DNA of 64,000 nt, from assembly GCA_040218735.1 (NCBI GenBank), contig JAVJQW010000061.1, positions 32,001 through 96,000 on the forward strand, read 5' to 3'. How positions within the stretch are numbered: position 1 is the stretch's first letter; each line of letters opens with the position of its first letter. The position numbers and the translations under genes are program-made. A model generated the notes under the pieces. The model was not told the DNA's origin, did no database searches, and worked only from the letters and a program-made list of their open reading frames with translations. This document shows, in pieces, positions 1 to 13,828 of the stretch. Source of the stretch: Deltaproteobacteria bacterium. GTDB taxonomy: Bacteria; Myxococcota; Kuafuiibacteriia; Kuafuiibacteriales; Kuafuiibacteriaceae.

Positions 1-2
1 GG

Positions 3-1805
3 AGCTGGAGCGCGCCGTGCGCCGACGCGACCGGCGACTGTGTCTTCGCGTTGAACGAAGACACCGAGGTCCGCGCCACGTTCGACGACCGCTTCGCGAC
101 CCTCGGCGTGGTCTTCGCGGGCAGCGGTACGGGCGAGGTCCGCGATGACGGCGATCTCGTGTGCACGTCCACGACCGCGCAGTGCGAGGCCTCGTACGAA
201 GTCGGGACGCGCGTCACGCTGACGGCGACCCCCGGCCCAGCGACGACGTTCGTAGGCTGGAGTGACTCCGACGTGTGCTCCGGCCGACAGCCCTGCACGT
301 TGCCGCTGCAGCGCAGCCAATCCGTAACCGCGACCTTCGAAGGCATCACCCACGCGCTCACCGTCAGCCGCAGCGGTCCCGGACGCGGCGCAGTCGTGTC
401 GGCGAATGGCGCGATCGATTGCGGCGCCGCGTGCACGGCCGACTTCGCCGCCGGCGCGACAATCGAGCTCACGGCGACGCCGAACCGCCACTACCGCTTC
501 GTCCGCTGGACCGGCGCCTGCGCCGGCGCCGCGCCGACGTGCGAGATCACGATGGACACCGCCAAGAGCGTCGACGCCGAGCTCGAGTTCACGCCGAAGC
601 TCGCCACCGGCTTCCGCCACGCCTGCGCCACCTCCACCGACGGCCGCCTCCGCTGCTGGGGCGCTAACGACTTCGGCCAGCTCGGGTACGGCCACGTCTT
701 CGACGTCGGCGCCACGCCTACGCGCACCGCGATGACGGAGGGCGACGTCCCGATCGACGTGCCCGTGGAGAGCGTCGCGCTCGGCTTCGATCACACGTGT
801 GTGTTGCTGGTCGGCGGGGCCGTGCGCTGCTGGGGCCGAGGGAGCGAGGGGCAGCTGGGTTACGGGGACGCGATGTCACGCGGCGGTCAGCTCGATTCGC
901 TGCCGCGCTTGCTCGATGACGTCTCCCTGTCCGGGCTGGCCGTGGAGGTGACGGCGGGTTCGGAGCACTCCTGTGTGTTGCTCGCTGACCGCAACGTGCA
1001 GTGCTGGGGCGCTAACACGCGCGGGGCGCTGGGCTACGGGGAGATCGACTACGTGGGGCGCGAAGCCGGCTCCATTCCGTCAGCGGCCGGCTTCGTGCCG
1101 ATGGGTCAGCCGGTTCAGCAGCTGGTCTCGGGCTCGCGATTCAACTGCGCGCTCCTCGCCGATTCGACGCTGAGATGTTGGGGCGGCAATCAGTCGGGGC
1201 AACTGGGTTATGGCGATCGCGATAACCGAGGCGACGACACCAACGAGACCCCGGGACAACTTCCGCCGGTTCCGGTGGGAGCGCCCGTCGCCTATGTCAC
1301 GGCGAACAACGGAGCGCACGTCTGCGCAGCACTCGTCGGCGGTGACCTGAAGTGCTGGGGATTGGGAATCGAAGGGCGCCTCGGGTACGGAAACAACAAC
1401 GATGTCGGCGCTGACGCGACGGTGCCGAGTACACTGGGCGGCGTACAGATTGGATGGAACGACTACGATGTCCTCGCGGGCGGAGCCCACACGTGCGCGC
1501 GATCGAGCGCGGGCGCGCTCCGATGTTGGGGCTGGAATTCGACAGGGCAGCTGGGCTACGGCGACGCGGCCAATCGAGGGGACACACCTGCGACGATTCC
1601 CGCGAGTACTCTCGCCGTCGATGTCGGCCGTGGGGTCATCGAAGTCCGGCCCGGCGGCACCTTCACCTGTGCGCGGGTCGTGGGCGGCAACGTGCTCTGC
1701 TGGGGCGAAAACAACCGTGGCCAGCTCGGGCTCGGTGACACGATGACGCGCGGACACACGGCGGGCACGGTGCCTTCGATGCTACCGGCGGTCGCGATCT
1801 TCTGA
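3..1805 (+). CDS. RCC1-repeat protein with N-terminal divergent InlB B-repeat-like (Ig-like) domains; 5'-partial
   Basis: Frame is open from position 3 (SWSAPCADATGDCVFALNED...). VTLTATP...F.GW...C repeats are followed by about 7 repeats of C-W-G-x-N-x-x-GQLGxG. Confidence 0.85.
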   Translation, partial: SWSAPCADATGDCVFALNEDTEVRATFDDRFATLGVVFAGSGTGEVRDDGDLVCTSTTAQCEASYEVGTRVTLTATPGPATTFVGWSDSDVCSGRQPCTLPLQRSQSVTATFEGITHALTVSRSGPGRGAVVSANGAIDCGAACTADFAAGATIELTATPNRHYRFVRWTGACAGAAPTCEITMDTAKSVDAELEFTPKLATGFRHACATSTDGRLRCWGANDFGQLGYGHVFDVGATPTRTAMTEGDVPIDVPVESVALGFDHTCVLLVGGAVRCWGRGSEGQLGYGDAMSRGGQLDSLPRLLDDVSLSGLAVEVTAGSEHSCVLLADRNVQCWGANTRGALGYGEIDYVGREAGSIPSAAGFVPMGQPVQQLVSGSRFNCALLADSTLRCWGGNQSGQLGYGDRDNRGDDTNETPGQLPPVPVGAPVAYVTANNGAHVCAALVGGDLKCWGLGIEGRLGYGNNNDVGADATVPSTLGGVQIGWNDYDVLAGGAHTCARSSAGALRCWGWNSTGQLGYGDAANRGDTPATIPASTLAVDVGRGVIEVRPGGTFTCARVVGGNVLCWGENNRGQLGLGDTMTRGHTAGTVPSMLPAVAIF

Positions 1806-1813
1806 GGCCACGC

Positions 1814-2920
1814 TTGAAACGTCCCGGACCCCGGAGCCTAGTCGTCGGCGCCTGTATCGTGGCGCTGCTGCTGTTTGAAGGCGGGCTGCGCCTGTTCGCG
1901 CCGCTCGAGGATCCGTTCTGGCGCGAGCGCAGCGTCGAAATCGAATCGTATATCCCGCGACGACACGAGCCTGACTTCCGACTCGAGATCGAGCCCGAGC
2001 CCGGACTCCCGGGCGTCGCGGGGCGGCGTGTCTTCGAAACGAATGGCCAAGGTTTCGTCGGACCCGCGATCGATCGCCAACCCCGCCCCAACGAGAAGCG
2101 TGTGTTCCTCTTCGGCGGGTCCACGATGGAGTGCGTGGTCGTCGGCAACGAGCACAACCCCGCGCGGCTCGTCGCAGACCGACTCGAGACCGCAACTTCG
2201 ACGGTGAAGTGGAACGTCCAGAACACGGCGCACTCCGGCGACGTGAGCTTCGACCACATCGCGATGCTCGTGCATCGGGCGCTTCACTTCCGCCCGGATG
2301 TCGTCGTGATGCTGGTGGGTGCAAACGACGTCAACGCGTCACTCCGCAGCGCTGACTACAGCCACGGAGCGCCGAAGCGCCGCCACTTCGATCTGAAGAC
2401 TGTCTTTCGACTCACATCGACGGAGCTTCACGTCGGCCGACTCCTCGTCGGTACACTCACCAACGCCCCACTTCGTTTCGCGACACGCGATTCCGCGACA
2501 CGGACGAAGTACCGCGCAACCGCGGCGCGATGTCGGGCCAACGAGACGAAACCGTACGACGCCTCCCAGCTGGCCCTCGCCTCCTTCGAGCGCAACCTCC
2601 GAACCTTCGTGGCTTCAGCACAAGCGAACGGTGCGCAGGTCGTGCTCGCCACTCAACCCCACGCTCTTCAGGTCGAGGCCCTCGATGCCTGGCACTGGTT
2701 CGGATGTTCCGGACAAGGCCGCTACGCAAAAGCCGACCTCGTCGACGCCATGCATCGCATCAACGAAGTCACTCGCCGGGTCGCCTCCGAGACAAACGCG
2801 ACGCTCGTCGACCTCGCCGCGGCATCGATGACGGCGGAGCACTTCTACGACACGATCCACTACAACGACGCAGGCGCCGCATTCATCTCCGACAAGGTCG
2901 CCGAAGCGATTCAGCGCTAA
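1814..2920 (+). CDS. SGNH/GDSL hydrolase family protein, N-terminal membrane anchor
   Basis: Block I FGGSTM, block III VGAND, block V DTIHYN; N-terminal hydrophobic helix. Confidence 0.8.
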   Translation: MKRPGPRSLVVGACIVALLLFEGGLRLFAPLEDPFWRERSVEIESYIPRRHEPDFRLEIEPEPGLPGVAGRRVFETNGQGFVGPAIDRQPRPNEKRVFLFGGSTMECVVVGNEHNPARLVADRLETATSTVKWNVQNTAHSGDVSFDHIAMLVHRALHFRPDVVVMLVGANDVNASLRSADYSHGAPKRRHFDLKTVFRLTSTELHVGRLLVGTLTNAPLRFATRDSATRTKYRATAARCRANETKPYDASQLALASFERNLRTFVASAQANGAQVVLATQPHALQVEALDAWHWFGCSGQGRYAKADLVDAMHRINEVTRRVASETNATLVDLAAASMTAEHFYDTIHYNDAGAAFISDKVAEAIQR

Positions 2921-4317
2921 CCCATCAGCTCTGCCAGCGGGCCCGGCGCTCGCCTCGACGGGCCCTCGGCGCCGAACTCGTCGAGGGCCTCGCCGGCCCA
3001 GTAGCCGATCGTGTTCCACAGGTTCGAGACCTGGCGGTGGCCGTCCGAGGAGAGGCCTGGGTAGACGACGGTCTGGCCGGCGGCGTGGCCGAGGGCGCCG
3101 CCGCCGATGACCACGATCGGGAACTCCGAGGCGGTGGAGTGGTGCTGCTCGCCGTTGTCGCCGATGAAGACGATCGCGGTGTGGTCGAGCATCGTGCCGT
3201 CGTTCTCCGGGACGGCGTCGAGCGCCGACGCCATCTGCGCGATCGTCGCGAACTGGCGGCGCGTGACCTCGTGGATCGCGTCGCGGTAGGTCGCGTTGCC
3301 GCCCGAGCCGTGGTGGAGGTCGTGCCTGCCGACGCTGCTCACCGACGAGTAGGTCATGTTGAACGCGCCGCCTGTGCCGCTCCCGACCACCGCGACGTTC
3401 GTCAACCCGCCTTGCAACGCCGCCGTCGCCAACTGCATCTGGGCCGCGAAGCGATCCAACGGATCACCCGCGTAGAGCGGGTTCGTGTCCGGCGGCTCCG
3501 GGCGCGCCGCTTCGAGCTGTGTCTCGAGCGACAACAACCGCTCGTGCCGTCGCGTCAGCTCCTCCAGCGACTCCAGGTACCGCTCCAGCTTCAGCCGCTC
3601 GCGCCCGCTCCCCGAGAACGCTGCGAGCGAGCGCTGCACGTCGCCCGCTGCGTAGTCCAACAGCCCGCGCCGCCGCGCGAACGACGCGCGGCTCCCCGCG
3701 TCGCCGACCGAGCCGAACAGGCTGTCGAACGCCGAGCGCGGCTGCAGGATCATCGGCGCCCCGCGGCCCTTCTCGTAAGCGCAGGTCCCGAAGTCGAGCG
3801 GGCTGTTGCTCGAGTTGAGCCCGAGCCGCACGGCATCGAACGGCGCCCCGTCGCGCACCCCCTCGATCGCCGCGACGTGGGCGTCGATCGTCGGCCCGCC
3901 CGGCGCGCCGCCGACGGTGCGCGACGAGCTCAACGCCCCGTGCGACGCCGAGTGCCCACCGCCGACGATCCGCGACGACAACCCGAACACGACCGAAGTC
4001 TTCGCCGCCAGTTCGGGCGTCAACGCACCGAGCGCCGGCGCCCCCGCGAAGTCGTCCGCGACCACCAGCGGCGCGTCGTGCCGGTACGACCGGTACCACC
4101 ACCGCTGGTTGCCGATGTCCGCCGTCGCCTGGATCGCCGCACGCCCCGCGTCGGAGAGCATCGTGATCGGTTCGAAGCAGTTGCCCTCGACCACGAACAC
4201 GAACCGCCGCGGCATCCCCGGATCACCGCGCGCGATGCGCGATACGAGCGGACCGCACAGCGCCGCGCCGGCGCCGAGGCCCATCGCCTTCAACCACTGT
4301 CGTCGCGTCGTACGCAT
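2917..4317 (-). CDS. DUF1552 domain protein (Tat signal)
   Basis: Real start MRTTRRQWLKAMG (twin-Arg), overlapping the upstream stop (TGATG). PRRFVFV, HDLHH, ENDGTMLDHT, QHH...PIVVIGG and SNLW motifs are typical of DUF1552. Lies downstream of a DUF1588-type gene. Confidence 0.85.
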   Translation of the reverse strand: MRTTRRQWLKAMGLGAGAALCGPLVSRIARGDPGMPRRFVFVVEGNCFEPITMLSDAGRAAIQATADIGNQRWWYRSYRHDAPLVVADDFAGAPALGALTPELAAKTSVVFGLSSRIVGGGHSASHGALSSSRTVGGAPGGPTIDAHVAAIEGVRDGAPFDAVRLGLNSSNSPLDFGTCAYEKGRGAPMILQPRSAFDSLFGSVGDAGSRASFARRRGLLDYAAGDVQRSLAAFSGSGRERLKLERYLESLEELTRRHERLLSLETQLEAARPEPPDTNPLYAGDPLDRFAAQMQLATAALQGGLTNVAVVGSGTGGAFNMTYSSVSSVGRHDLHHGSGGNATYRDAIHEVTRRQFATIAQMASALDAVPENDGTMLDHTAIVFIGDNGEQHHSTASEFPIVVIGGGALGHAAGQTVVYPGLSSDGHRQVSNLWNTIGYWAGEALDEFGAEGPSRRAPGPLAELMG

Positions 4318-6788
4318 CACTCGCCCTCCTCCACGTGCCGGAAGCGGAAGCTGCTGCTCGTCACCAGCGCGTCGAGCATCGCGAAGAACGAGCCGCCCTC
4401 GAACGCCGTCTCCATCGACGCGAGCGTGCACGCGTCGGCCATCGTCTCGTCGCGCCCCATGAAGTAGCGGAACGCGTGCCGCACGAAACACCGGCGCGCG
4501 TACGGCGAGTCCGCGATCATCTGCGACAGCTCCACCGCGTCCTGCACCGAACCGGCGAGCGACGGGTCCGGCGCCTCCGCGATCGTGCTCGATCCGTCGG
4601 GCGTCTGCCCGTGGTCCGAAGCGCGCGGGAAGCCGGCGTGGTTGTAGACCTCGAACGGCATCCCCAGCGAATTCATCAAGCGGTGGCACCCCATACACGT
4701 CGCAGCCTGGTCGCCCTCCTCGATGCTCATGCGGATGCGATCCCGCGCGCGGAGGTTCGGCGCGCTCGGCACGAGCTGCGCTTCGACCCGCACCAGATCC
4801 AACCCCGGCACCGTCTCGCAGTAGAGGTGCTCGCGGATCCACCGACCGCGGTGAATCGCGCTCGCGTCGTCCTCGAAGTTTCCGCCGTGCGCCGTCAGCC
4901 ACGTCGGGTGCGTGAGCACACCCGCGCGTGCCCCCTCCGGCATCGTCACCCAGCGCCCGTTCTGCGTGTTGGGCACGTTGCCGTCGAGCCCGTACACCCG
5001 CTGCGCCGAAGCATGGGCGTTGCTCGTGCTGCCGCTGCAGCTCCCGTTGCCCGCCTGGCAGCGCGTGTTTCCGCTGACACCCGAGCAGTCCGAGTCCGAC
5101 TGGCAGGCCACGCCGCTGCTCGCCATCAGGTTGGAAGGCAGCCGCCACGTGCGCTCCGTGAAGAGCGCCGCGAACACGTCCTCGCCGTTCGACTCCGCGT
5201 CGATGACGATGCGCGCAATCGTGTCGTCCATCTGCATCACCAGCGTCGACTCGTGCCCGTAGTAGCCGTGCTGCAGGTTGGAGTACGAGATGTCCGCGGT
5301 GCGCTCGTTCTCCCAAGCGCTCGTGGCCGACGGGTGGTCCTTGAACGCGTTGTTCGCGCCGTCGTAGTCGAGCCACTCGCGGAAGAAGCCGCGGATGCGA
5401 TCCGCCAACCAGTACTCACCGCGCGCGAGGTTCTCGCGGCTGTCGGTCTCGAAGGCGAGGTCGCGCCGCTCCTCGTCGACGCCCGCGCGGTACATCGCCA
5501 ACAGCTGCCGCATCTTCGACGGGCTCTGGATCGATCCGTCGTCGGCCGCCGCACGGATCTGCCCGAGCCACCCCAACCCGAGGTTCGAGCGATCCGGATC
5601 CCCCGGCTGGTACGTCCCGTAGTGCGGTAGCGGCGAGCCCGGCGGGTGCGTGCTCAACACGCCGCCGAGCGCCATCGCGAGCTCGTCGTCGGTGAGTCGA
5701 CCCGACGCATCGCCGTGTTCGGATCGGAACAACGCACCGCTCGTCATCCACGCCGCGGACGCCACGTGCTCGAGCGTCGAGCGCCGCTGCGCGACGTCGC
5801 CGCCCTCGGCCGCGAGCGTCGCGACCAACAACGCGCGGAGGTTCGAGCGTTCGTCCGCGGTCGGGTCGCGGAACAACACGCCGTGCGTGAGGAGCAGGTC
5901 GAGGTAGCGGTCGATACACGCGTCGTCCGGCGCGGTGTCGTTGAAGATGCAGCGCAGGTCGCGGTTGCCGTACACACCGACCTTGCGATCCCGCGGGCCA
6001 GGATCCGCTCGGCTCCACAGCGACGCCGCCTGCGGGAGGACGAGCATGTACAGATCGAGCGTCGCCGGATCGACCGACACCCCCGCGCCGTTCGTCGAGT
6101 ACCGCCCCTCGGGAGCGAAGAACGGGTTGTCGTGCGCGAGGGATCCGACGCGATGCCCCGCGGCGTGCGTCCACTCGGTCCGCTCGATGCGCGACAGCCG
6201 CGCCGGTGAGCTCGCGCTCGTGCCGGTGCACGTGAACAGCTCGCCCTGGTCGAGGGTGTTCGGGTCCGTGACGGGCGTGATGTCGATCGGCGTCGGGCAC
6301 TCCGTCGGCGCCCCCGCCTGGATCCACGCCTCGACGATCGTGACGCCCTCGATCGGCTCCGCCGTCCCGATCGGCATGAGCAAGCCACCTTGCGGCCCCT
6401 GCATCCCGGTGATCTTGCGGTACAGCCAGCTCGACGTCGGCTCCCCGGGGACGACCAACGCCTCGGACGGCTGCGCGCGGCTCATCGCGCCGACGATCTG
6501 CGCGAGGTCGCCGGACAGCGTCGGGAACTGCCCGCCCGGGACGTGGCACGCACCGTTGTTCGCGCACGTCGTCGCGAAGAGGGTCGCGACCGGCGTGACC
6601 TCGTCGCAGCTCGGCGGCGTCCCGCCGTCGGTCCCGGGGTTGGCGCCTGGACCGCCGTCGCGGACGACGTTCCCCGGGGTCCCGCCGTCGCGGGCGACGG
6701 GGTCGTCGTCGTCGCCCGAAGGTCCCGAGATCGAGCCCGCCGGGCAGGCGGTCGTGGCGAGCAGCAACGGTAAGGCCCAGCGCTTCAT
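4317..6788 (-). CDS. DUF1592/DUF1588/DUF1585 (PSD-type) lipoprotein with heme c motifs
   Basis: Lipobox ATTAC; RAGVLTHPTWL, AIHRGRWIREHLYC, CMGCH, CFVRHAFRYFMGR; N-terminal CANNGACH with a planctomycete cytochrome-like PGEPTSSWLY...MP motif. Confidence 0.85.
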   Translation of the reverse strand: MKRWALPLLLATTACPAGSISGPSGDDDDPVARDGGTPGNVVRDGGPGANPGTDGGTPPSCDEVTPVATLFATTCANNGACHVPGGQFPTLSGDLAQIVGAMSRAQPSEALVVPGEPTSSWLYRKITGMQGPQGGLLMPIGTAEPIEGVTIVEAWIQAGAPTECPTPIDITPVTDPNTLDQGELFTCTGTSASSPARLSRIERTEWTHAAGHRVGSLAHDNPFFAPEGRYSTNGAGVSVDPATLDLYMLVLPQAASLWSRADPGPRDRKVGVYGNRDLRCIFNDTAPDDACIDRYLDLLLTHGVLFRDPTADERSNLRALLVATLAAEGGDVAQRRSTLEHVASAAWMTSGALFRSEHGDASGRLTDDELAMALGGVLSTHPPGSPLPHYGTYQPGDPDRSNLGLGWLGQIRAAADDGSIQSPSKMRQLLAMYRAGVDEERRDLAFETDSRENLARGEYWLADRIRGFFREWLDYDGANNAFKDHPSATSAWENERTADISYSNLQHGYYGHESTLVMQMDDTIARIVIDAESNGEDVFAALFTERTWRLPSNLMASSGVACQSDSDCSGVSGNTRCQAGNGSCSGSTSNAHASAQRVYGLDGNVPNTQNGRWVTMPEGARAGVLTHPTWLTAHGGNFEDDASAIHRGRWIREHLYCETVPGLDLVRVEAQLVPSAPNLRARDRIRMSIEEGDQAATCMGCHRLMNSLGMPFEVYNHAGFPRASDHGQTPDGSSTIAEAPDPSLAGSVQDAVELSQMIADSPYARRCFVRHAFRYFMGRDETMADACTLASMETAFEGGSFFAMLDALVTSSSFRFRHVEEGE

Positions 6789-6910
6789 CGCTCGGCCATC
6801 TTGAGAGGGGGTCCGGCGGGCCACAACTTACGCTCCGTGCGCGGGTCGAGATCGGAGTGGGCGATCGATCCCGAAACGGCGTCAGGATCGTATCGCCGCT
6901 GGGGCGATCG

Positions 6911-6922
6911 AATGTTAACATT
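6911..6922. promoter_or_regulatory. Perfect AT-rich palindrome AATGTTAACATT, candidate transcription factor/enhancer site
   Basis: 12-bp perfect palindrome in a divergent intergenic region of a very GC-rich sequence, about 150 bp upstream of a sigma54-like box. Confidence 0.4.
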
Positions 6923-7066
6923 GTAACGGTCGTGACGTTCGGATCCGGGAGGCCGGGTACGACACTGTAGGCTCGGTCATCTGACCGAGGCCGCGCAATC
7001 GAAGGAAATCGAGCACTTGGCCCGTAAGAACACGAACGTCCCCCGCCCGTTCGCATCGTGACGACT

Positions 7067-7082
7067 GGGCACGGGAATTGTA
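7067..7082 (+). promoter_or_regulatory. Putative sigma54 -24/-12 promoter
   Basis: GGGCACGGGAATTGTA = GG-N10-GT (consensus TGGCAC-N5-TTGCW), directly upstream of the sigma54 activator gene. Confidence 0.5.
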
Positions 7083-7098
7083 GCTTGGAAGATACCGC

Positions 7099-10985
<3,887 letters not shown>

Positions 10986-10989
<4 letters not shown>

Positions 10990-11945
10990 AACGTCGCAGG
11001 CTCATTCCGATCTGTCTTTTCGCTTTCGCCGCGGCCTGCGGCGGTAACGCCAACGCGCCCGTCGAGGCGGAGCTTCAGCTGATCGATCGGCAGGAAGCGA
11101 AGATCACGGTCACGCCCGCGCTCGAGGTCTCGTCGCTCGTCGACGACGGTCTCGCGTCGCGCATCATCATCGACCAAATCGATCTCAACCTCACCGAGGT
11201 GCGTCTCCTCGGCGCCGACCCGTCCATTCCGGCCGGCGGCCTCGAGCTGCTGGACGCGCCGCGTGTCATCCAGGCCGAAGACGACGTCGAGGCCGCGCTC
11301 GAGCTGCAGTTCCCGGAGCAATACCTCGGCGACGAGGACCTCGCGGTGTACCTGCGGATCGATCGGAGCATCGCGCTCGAGCAGGCGTCGCTCGTGATTC
11401 GCGGTCGCCTCTACACGAACCCCGTCGACGGCGGCGCCTCCGCGCTGACCGCCGACATCGATCCGGACGGCGCGACCGACCCGGACATCGACCCCGCCGA
11501 CGATCCCGACGGCGACGGCACCGACTGCGCGACCGACCCGGACATCGACCCGGCGGACTGCGCGGGCATGTCGACGCGCGGCCTCGTGCAGCGCGGCCTG
11601 TTGAACCCGAGCGTCAGCTTCGAGCTGCGCGATCGTAACTCGGCGGACCTCGTCAGCCAGCTCGGCGACGCCGCTTCGCTCGACGTCGTGGTCGGCATCC
11701 CGGCGAACCGCTGGTTCACGCCGTCGGTGGTCAACCGCCTCGAAGAGGTCCTCGCGACCGAGTCCGTCGGTGGCGTCGTGAACGACACCGAGAAGACGAC
11801 GCGCTCGGAGAACGCGGTCATCGTCGAGGCCGAAGCGGCCGCGAACAGCCGCGGCGGCGCGTGCAGCGCCAACGCCGGCATGAACGGCTGCCGCGACGAC
11901 GTCTTCCTGACGGACGTCCGCGAAGGCCTCAAGGTCCGCCGCTAA
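10986..11945 (+). CDS. Hypothetical lipoprotein with Asp-rich DIDPD repeats
   Basis: ATGA overlap with the activator stop; MKRRRL...FAAAC lipobox; DIDPDGATDPDIDPADDPDGDGTDCATDPDIDPADC. Confidence 0.75.
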
Positions 11946-12053
11946 AACCTCGGCGCCCCCGCCCGCTCGCCATCGAGAGCTGACCTGCACACGAGACGGC
12001 CGCGCGTCGGCCCTCGGCGCGCGTGCTCGAACCGCGGCCTTGGGCCGCTCAGC

Positions 12054-13496
12054 TCAATCCCCGAGGCAGATGCCCCCGGCGTTCGGGTCCATCGTCACGT
12101 CCACGCAGCGCGCTCCGTTCGAGGGGAGGCCGAGGCTCATCAGCAGGCCTCCGCAGAAGCCGGCGTCGCCGACGGCGCAACCCGCGAGGCAGGCGGCCTG
12201 GCCGTTGCCCGCGGGGACGCAGGTCGTGCCGTCGGGGCATTGCGCGAAGCCGAAGTCGCTCTGGCCGCAGTCGCCGCCCTGTTGGTTGACGGTCTCGTCA
12301 TTGCCGAGGCCGGTGGGCGCGAGCAGCGGCGTGCGGCGGTCGACGCAGAGGCCGGCGTCCTCGAGAAACTGCGCGCAGACGCGGCCGGTGCCGAGGGGGC
12401 CGGGCTCGCCGCAGGTGTCCGGGAAGTTGTTGCAGTTGCCCGACATGCAGATGCCGTCGCCGTTCTGGAGCAGGCCCTCCTCGCAGTAGTACGGGTTCGT
12501 GGCGGACTGCGAGCGGCACGGGGTCTGGGCGTTGCAGATCTCCATGCACAGGCCTTCGTCCTGCGCGCCGATCAGGACGCAGAACACATCGCCGTCGGCG
12601 TTGCGATCGCAGCGACGCGTGAGGCCCGGGCCGTCGTCCGGGCTGGCGGCGCACCACGAGCCCGAGCCGAGGCGGCCGACGGAGCAGACCCCCGTGTCGT
12701 CGGGGAAGAGGGGGTTGCAGTACGGGAGCGGCGCCACGCAGGCGGGCAGGCCGGGGCCGCAGAGCTGGAGGCACGCGCCTTCGTCGGGGTGGACGTCTTC
12801 GAGGAGAGACTGCACGCACGTCGATCCGACCTCGCAGCCGACCATGTTGACGCCGGTGCGCACGGGCGCGCCGGGGAGGCGTGAGCGGGTCTGGCGTCCG
12901 GCGCCGCAGTACTGATCGTCGGGCGCGAGCTGGTCGACGCAGATACGCGGCACGCCGACGTCGGCCAGCTTGACGTACGCGGCGGTGCAGCGTCGACCGA
13001 TGCCGCAATCGCCGTCGGTGTTGCAGGGGCGGACGCAGGACTGCACCGGACCGGTGAGCTCGCCCTGGCGCCCGGAGAGCAGGTCCCACGGGGCGCACAG
13101 GAGGCTCGCGTCGCAGTCGTCGCGCGCGAGCGCGTTGCCGTCGAATGACGAGCTGCACGCACAGCCCTCCATCCCGTCGAAGCAGCGGTTGGGATCGAGC
13201 GGACAGTCCGGCGCGCAGTTGACGAGGTCTTCGCCCTGCGCCCGGTCGCAGATGCCGTTGCCGCAGAGGGGCCCCGCGGGGCCGGCGTCGCGGACGACGA
13301 CGACGCCGCTGTCGCGCACGCCCACCGGTCCGCCGTCGCGAATGACTCCGCCGACGCCGCTGTCCCGAATGCCGACGACGATCCCCGCGTCGCCGCCGGT
13401 GTTGTCGTTGCGCAGGAACTTAGGGATGCCGCGTCCGCCGCAGGCGACGGAGGTCGAGGCGATGACGAGGAGACCGAAGAGTGCGCGGCGGGACAT
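12054..13496 (-). CDS. Cys-rich lipoprotein, paralog 1 of tandem array
   Basis: MSRRALFG...SVAC lipobox; shares C.PWD, PDEG.C...C, PYCNP, CSVGRLG.GS and FPD.CG motifs with the next two genes. Confidence 0.8.
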   Translation of the reverse strand: MSRRALFGLLVIASTSVACGGRGIPKFLRNDNTGGDAGIVVGIRDSGVGGVIRDGGPVGVRDSGVVVVRDAGPAGPLCGNGICDRAQGEDLVNCAPDCPLDPNRCFDGMEGCACSSSFDGNALARDDCDASLLCAPWDLLSGRQGELTGPVQSCVRPCNTDGDCGIGRRCTAAYVKLADVGVPRICVDQLAPDDQYCGAGRQTRSRLPGAPVRTGVNMVGCEVGSTCVQSLLEDVHPDEGACLQLCGPGLPACVAPLPYCNPLFPDDTGVCSVGRLGSGSWCAASPDDGPGLTRRCDRNADGDVFCVLIGAQDEGLCMEICNAQTPCRSQSATNPYYCEEGLLQNGDGICMSGNCNNFPDTCGEPGPLGTGRVCAQFLEDAGLCVDRRTPLLAPTGLGNDETVNQQGGDCGQSDFGFAQCPDGTTCVPAGNGQAACLAGCAVGDAGFCGGLLMSLGLPSNGARCVDVTMDPNAGGICLGD

Positions 13497-13512
13497 GTCG
13501 TGTATTCGTCGC

Positions 13513-13528
13513 AGCACTGTTCGTTCCG
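13513..13528 (-). promoter_or_regulatory. Putative sigma54-like promoter of paralog 1
   Basis: Minus strand reads CGGAACGAACAGTGCT (GG-N10-GC); the GC is 18 nt before the ATG. Confidence 0.35.
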
Positions 13529-13629
13529 GACAAGCCCGCCTGCGGGTTCGCGTCACGGCGGGGGCCGGCGTGCGGCGCGGGTGTCGCGGGTGTCGCGGGG
13601 CGATCGAAACAATCAGCCGGCGCAGAAGC

Positions 13630-13803
13630 CGGATCCGGATCCTCGGACCACATCGCGAGGGAGCCGAAGCCGAGTCGACCGACGCTGCACAGGCCCGACG
13701 GTGAGGTGTCGACGGTGACGCCAAGCGGGTTGCAGTACGGGAACGCCGGCGGACACTCGGTATCGCCCTCGCGTCCGCGCGGCTACACGCAGACCCGTTC
13801 GTC
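13630..13803 (-). pseudogene. Decayed internal fragment of a fourth Cys-rich lipoprotein paralog
   Basis: Minus strand translates DERVCV*PRGREGDTECPPAFPYCNPLGVTVDTSPSGLCSVGRLGFGSLAMWSEDPD, versus DEGACVQPCGRPGDAACPAAFPYCNPIGLAVGTSTAGVCSVGRLGFGSPSNWTEADD in the intact paralog. In-frame TAG at 13783-13785. Confidence 0.75.
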
Positions 13804-13828
13804 GGAGCCCGAACCAGCGTCTCCTCAC

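Noticed and set aside
2917-5376. ORF-track starts extending far upstream (also 12054-14648, 20807-22477, 30287-31615, 51492-53966)
   Set aside because: The extensions overlap other real genes. Signal peptides, RBS and coupling indicate the shorter starts used above.
6823-6837. GG-N10-GT box upstream of the DUF1588 gene
   Set aside because: Poor match at the -24 element (GGAGC); could be chance.
13576-13600. Short tandem GCGGGTGTC repeat
   Set aside because: Only about 2.5 copies with no spacers; not CRISPR, and plausible by chance or slippage.
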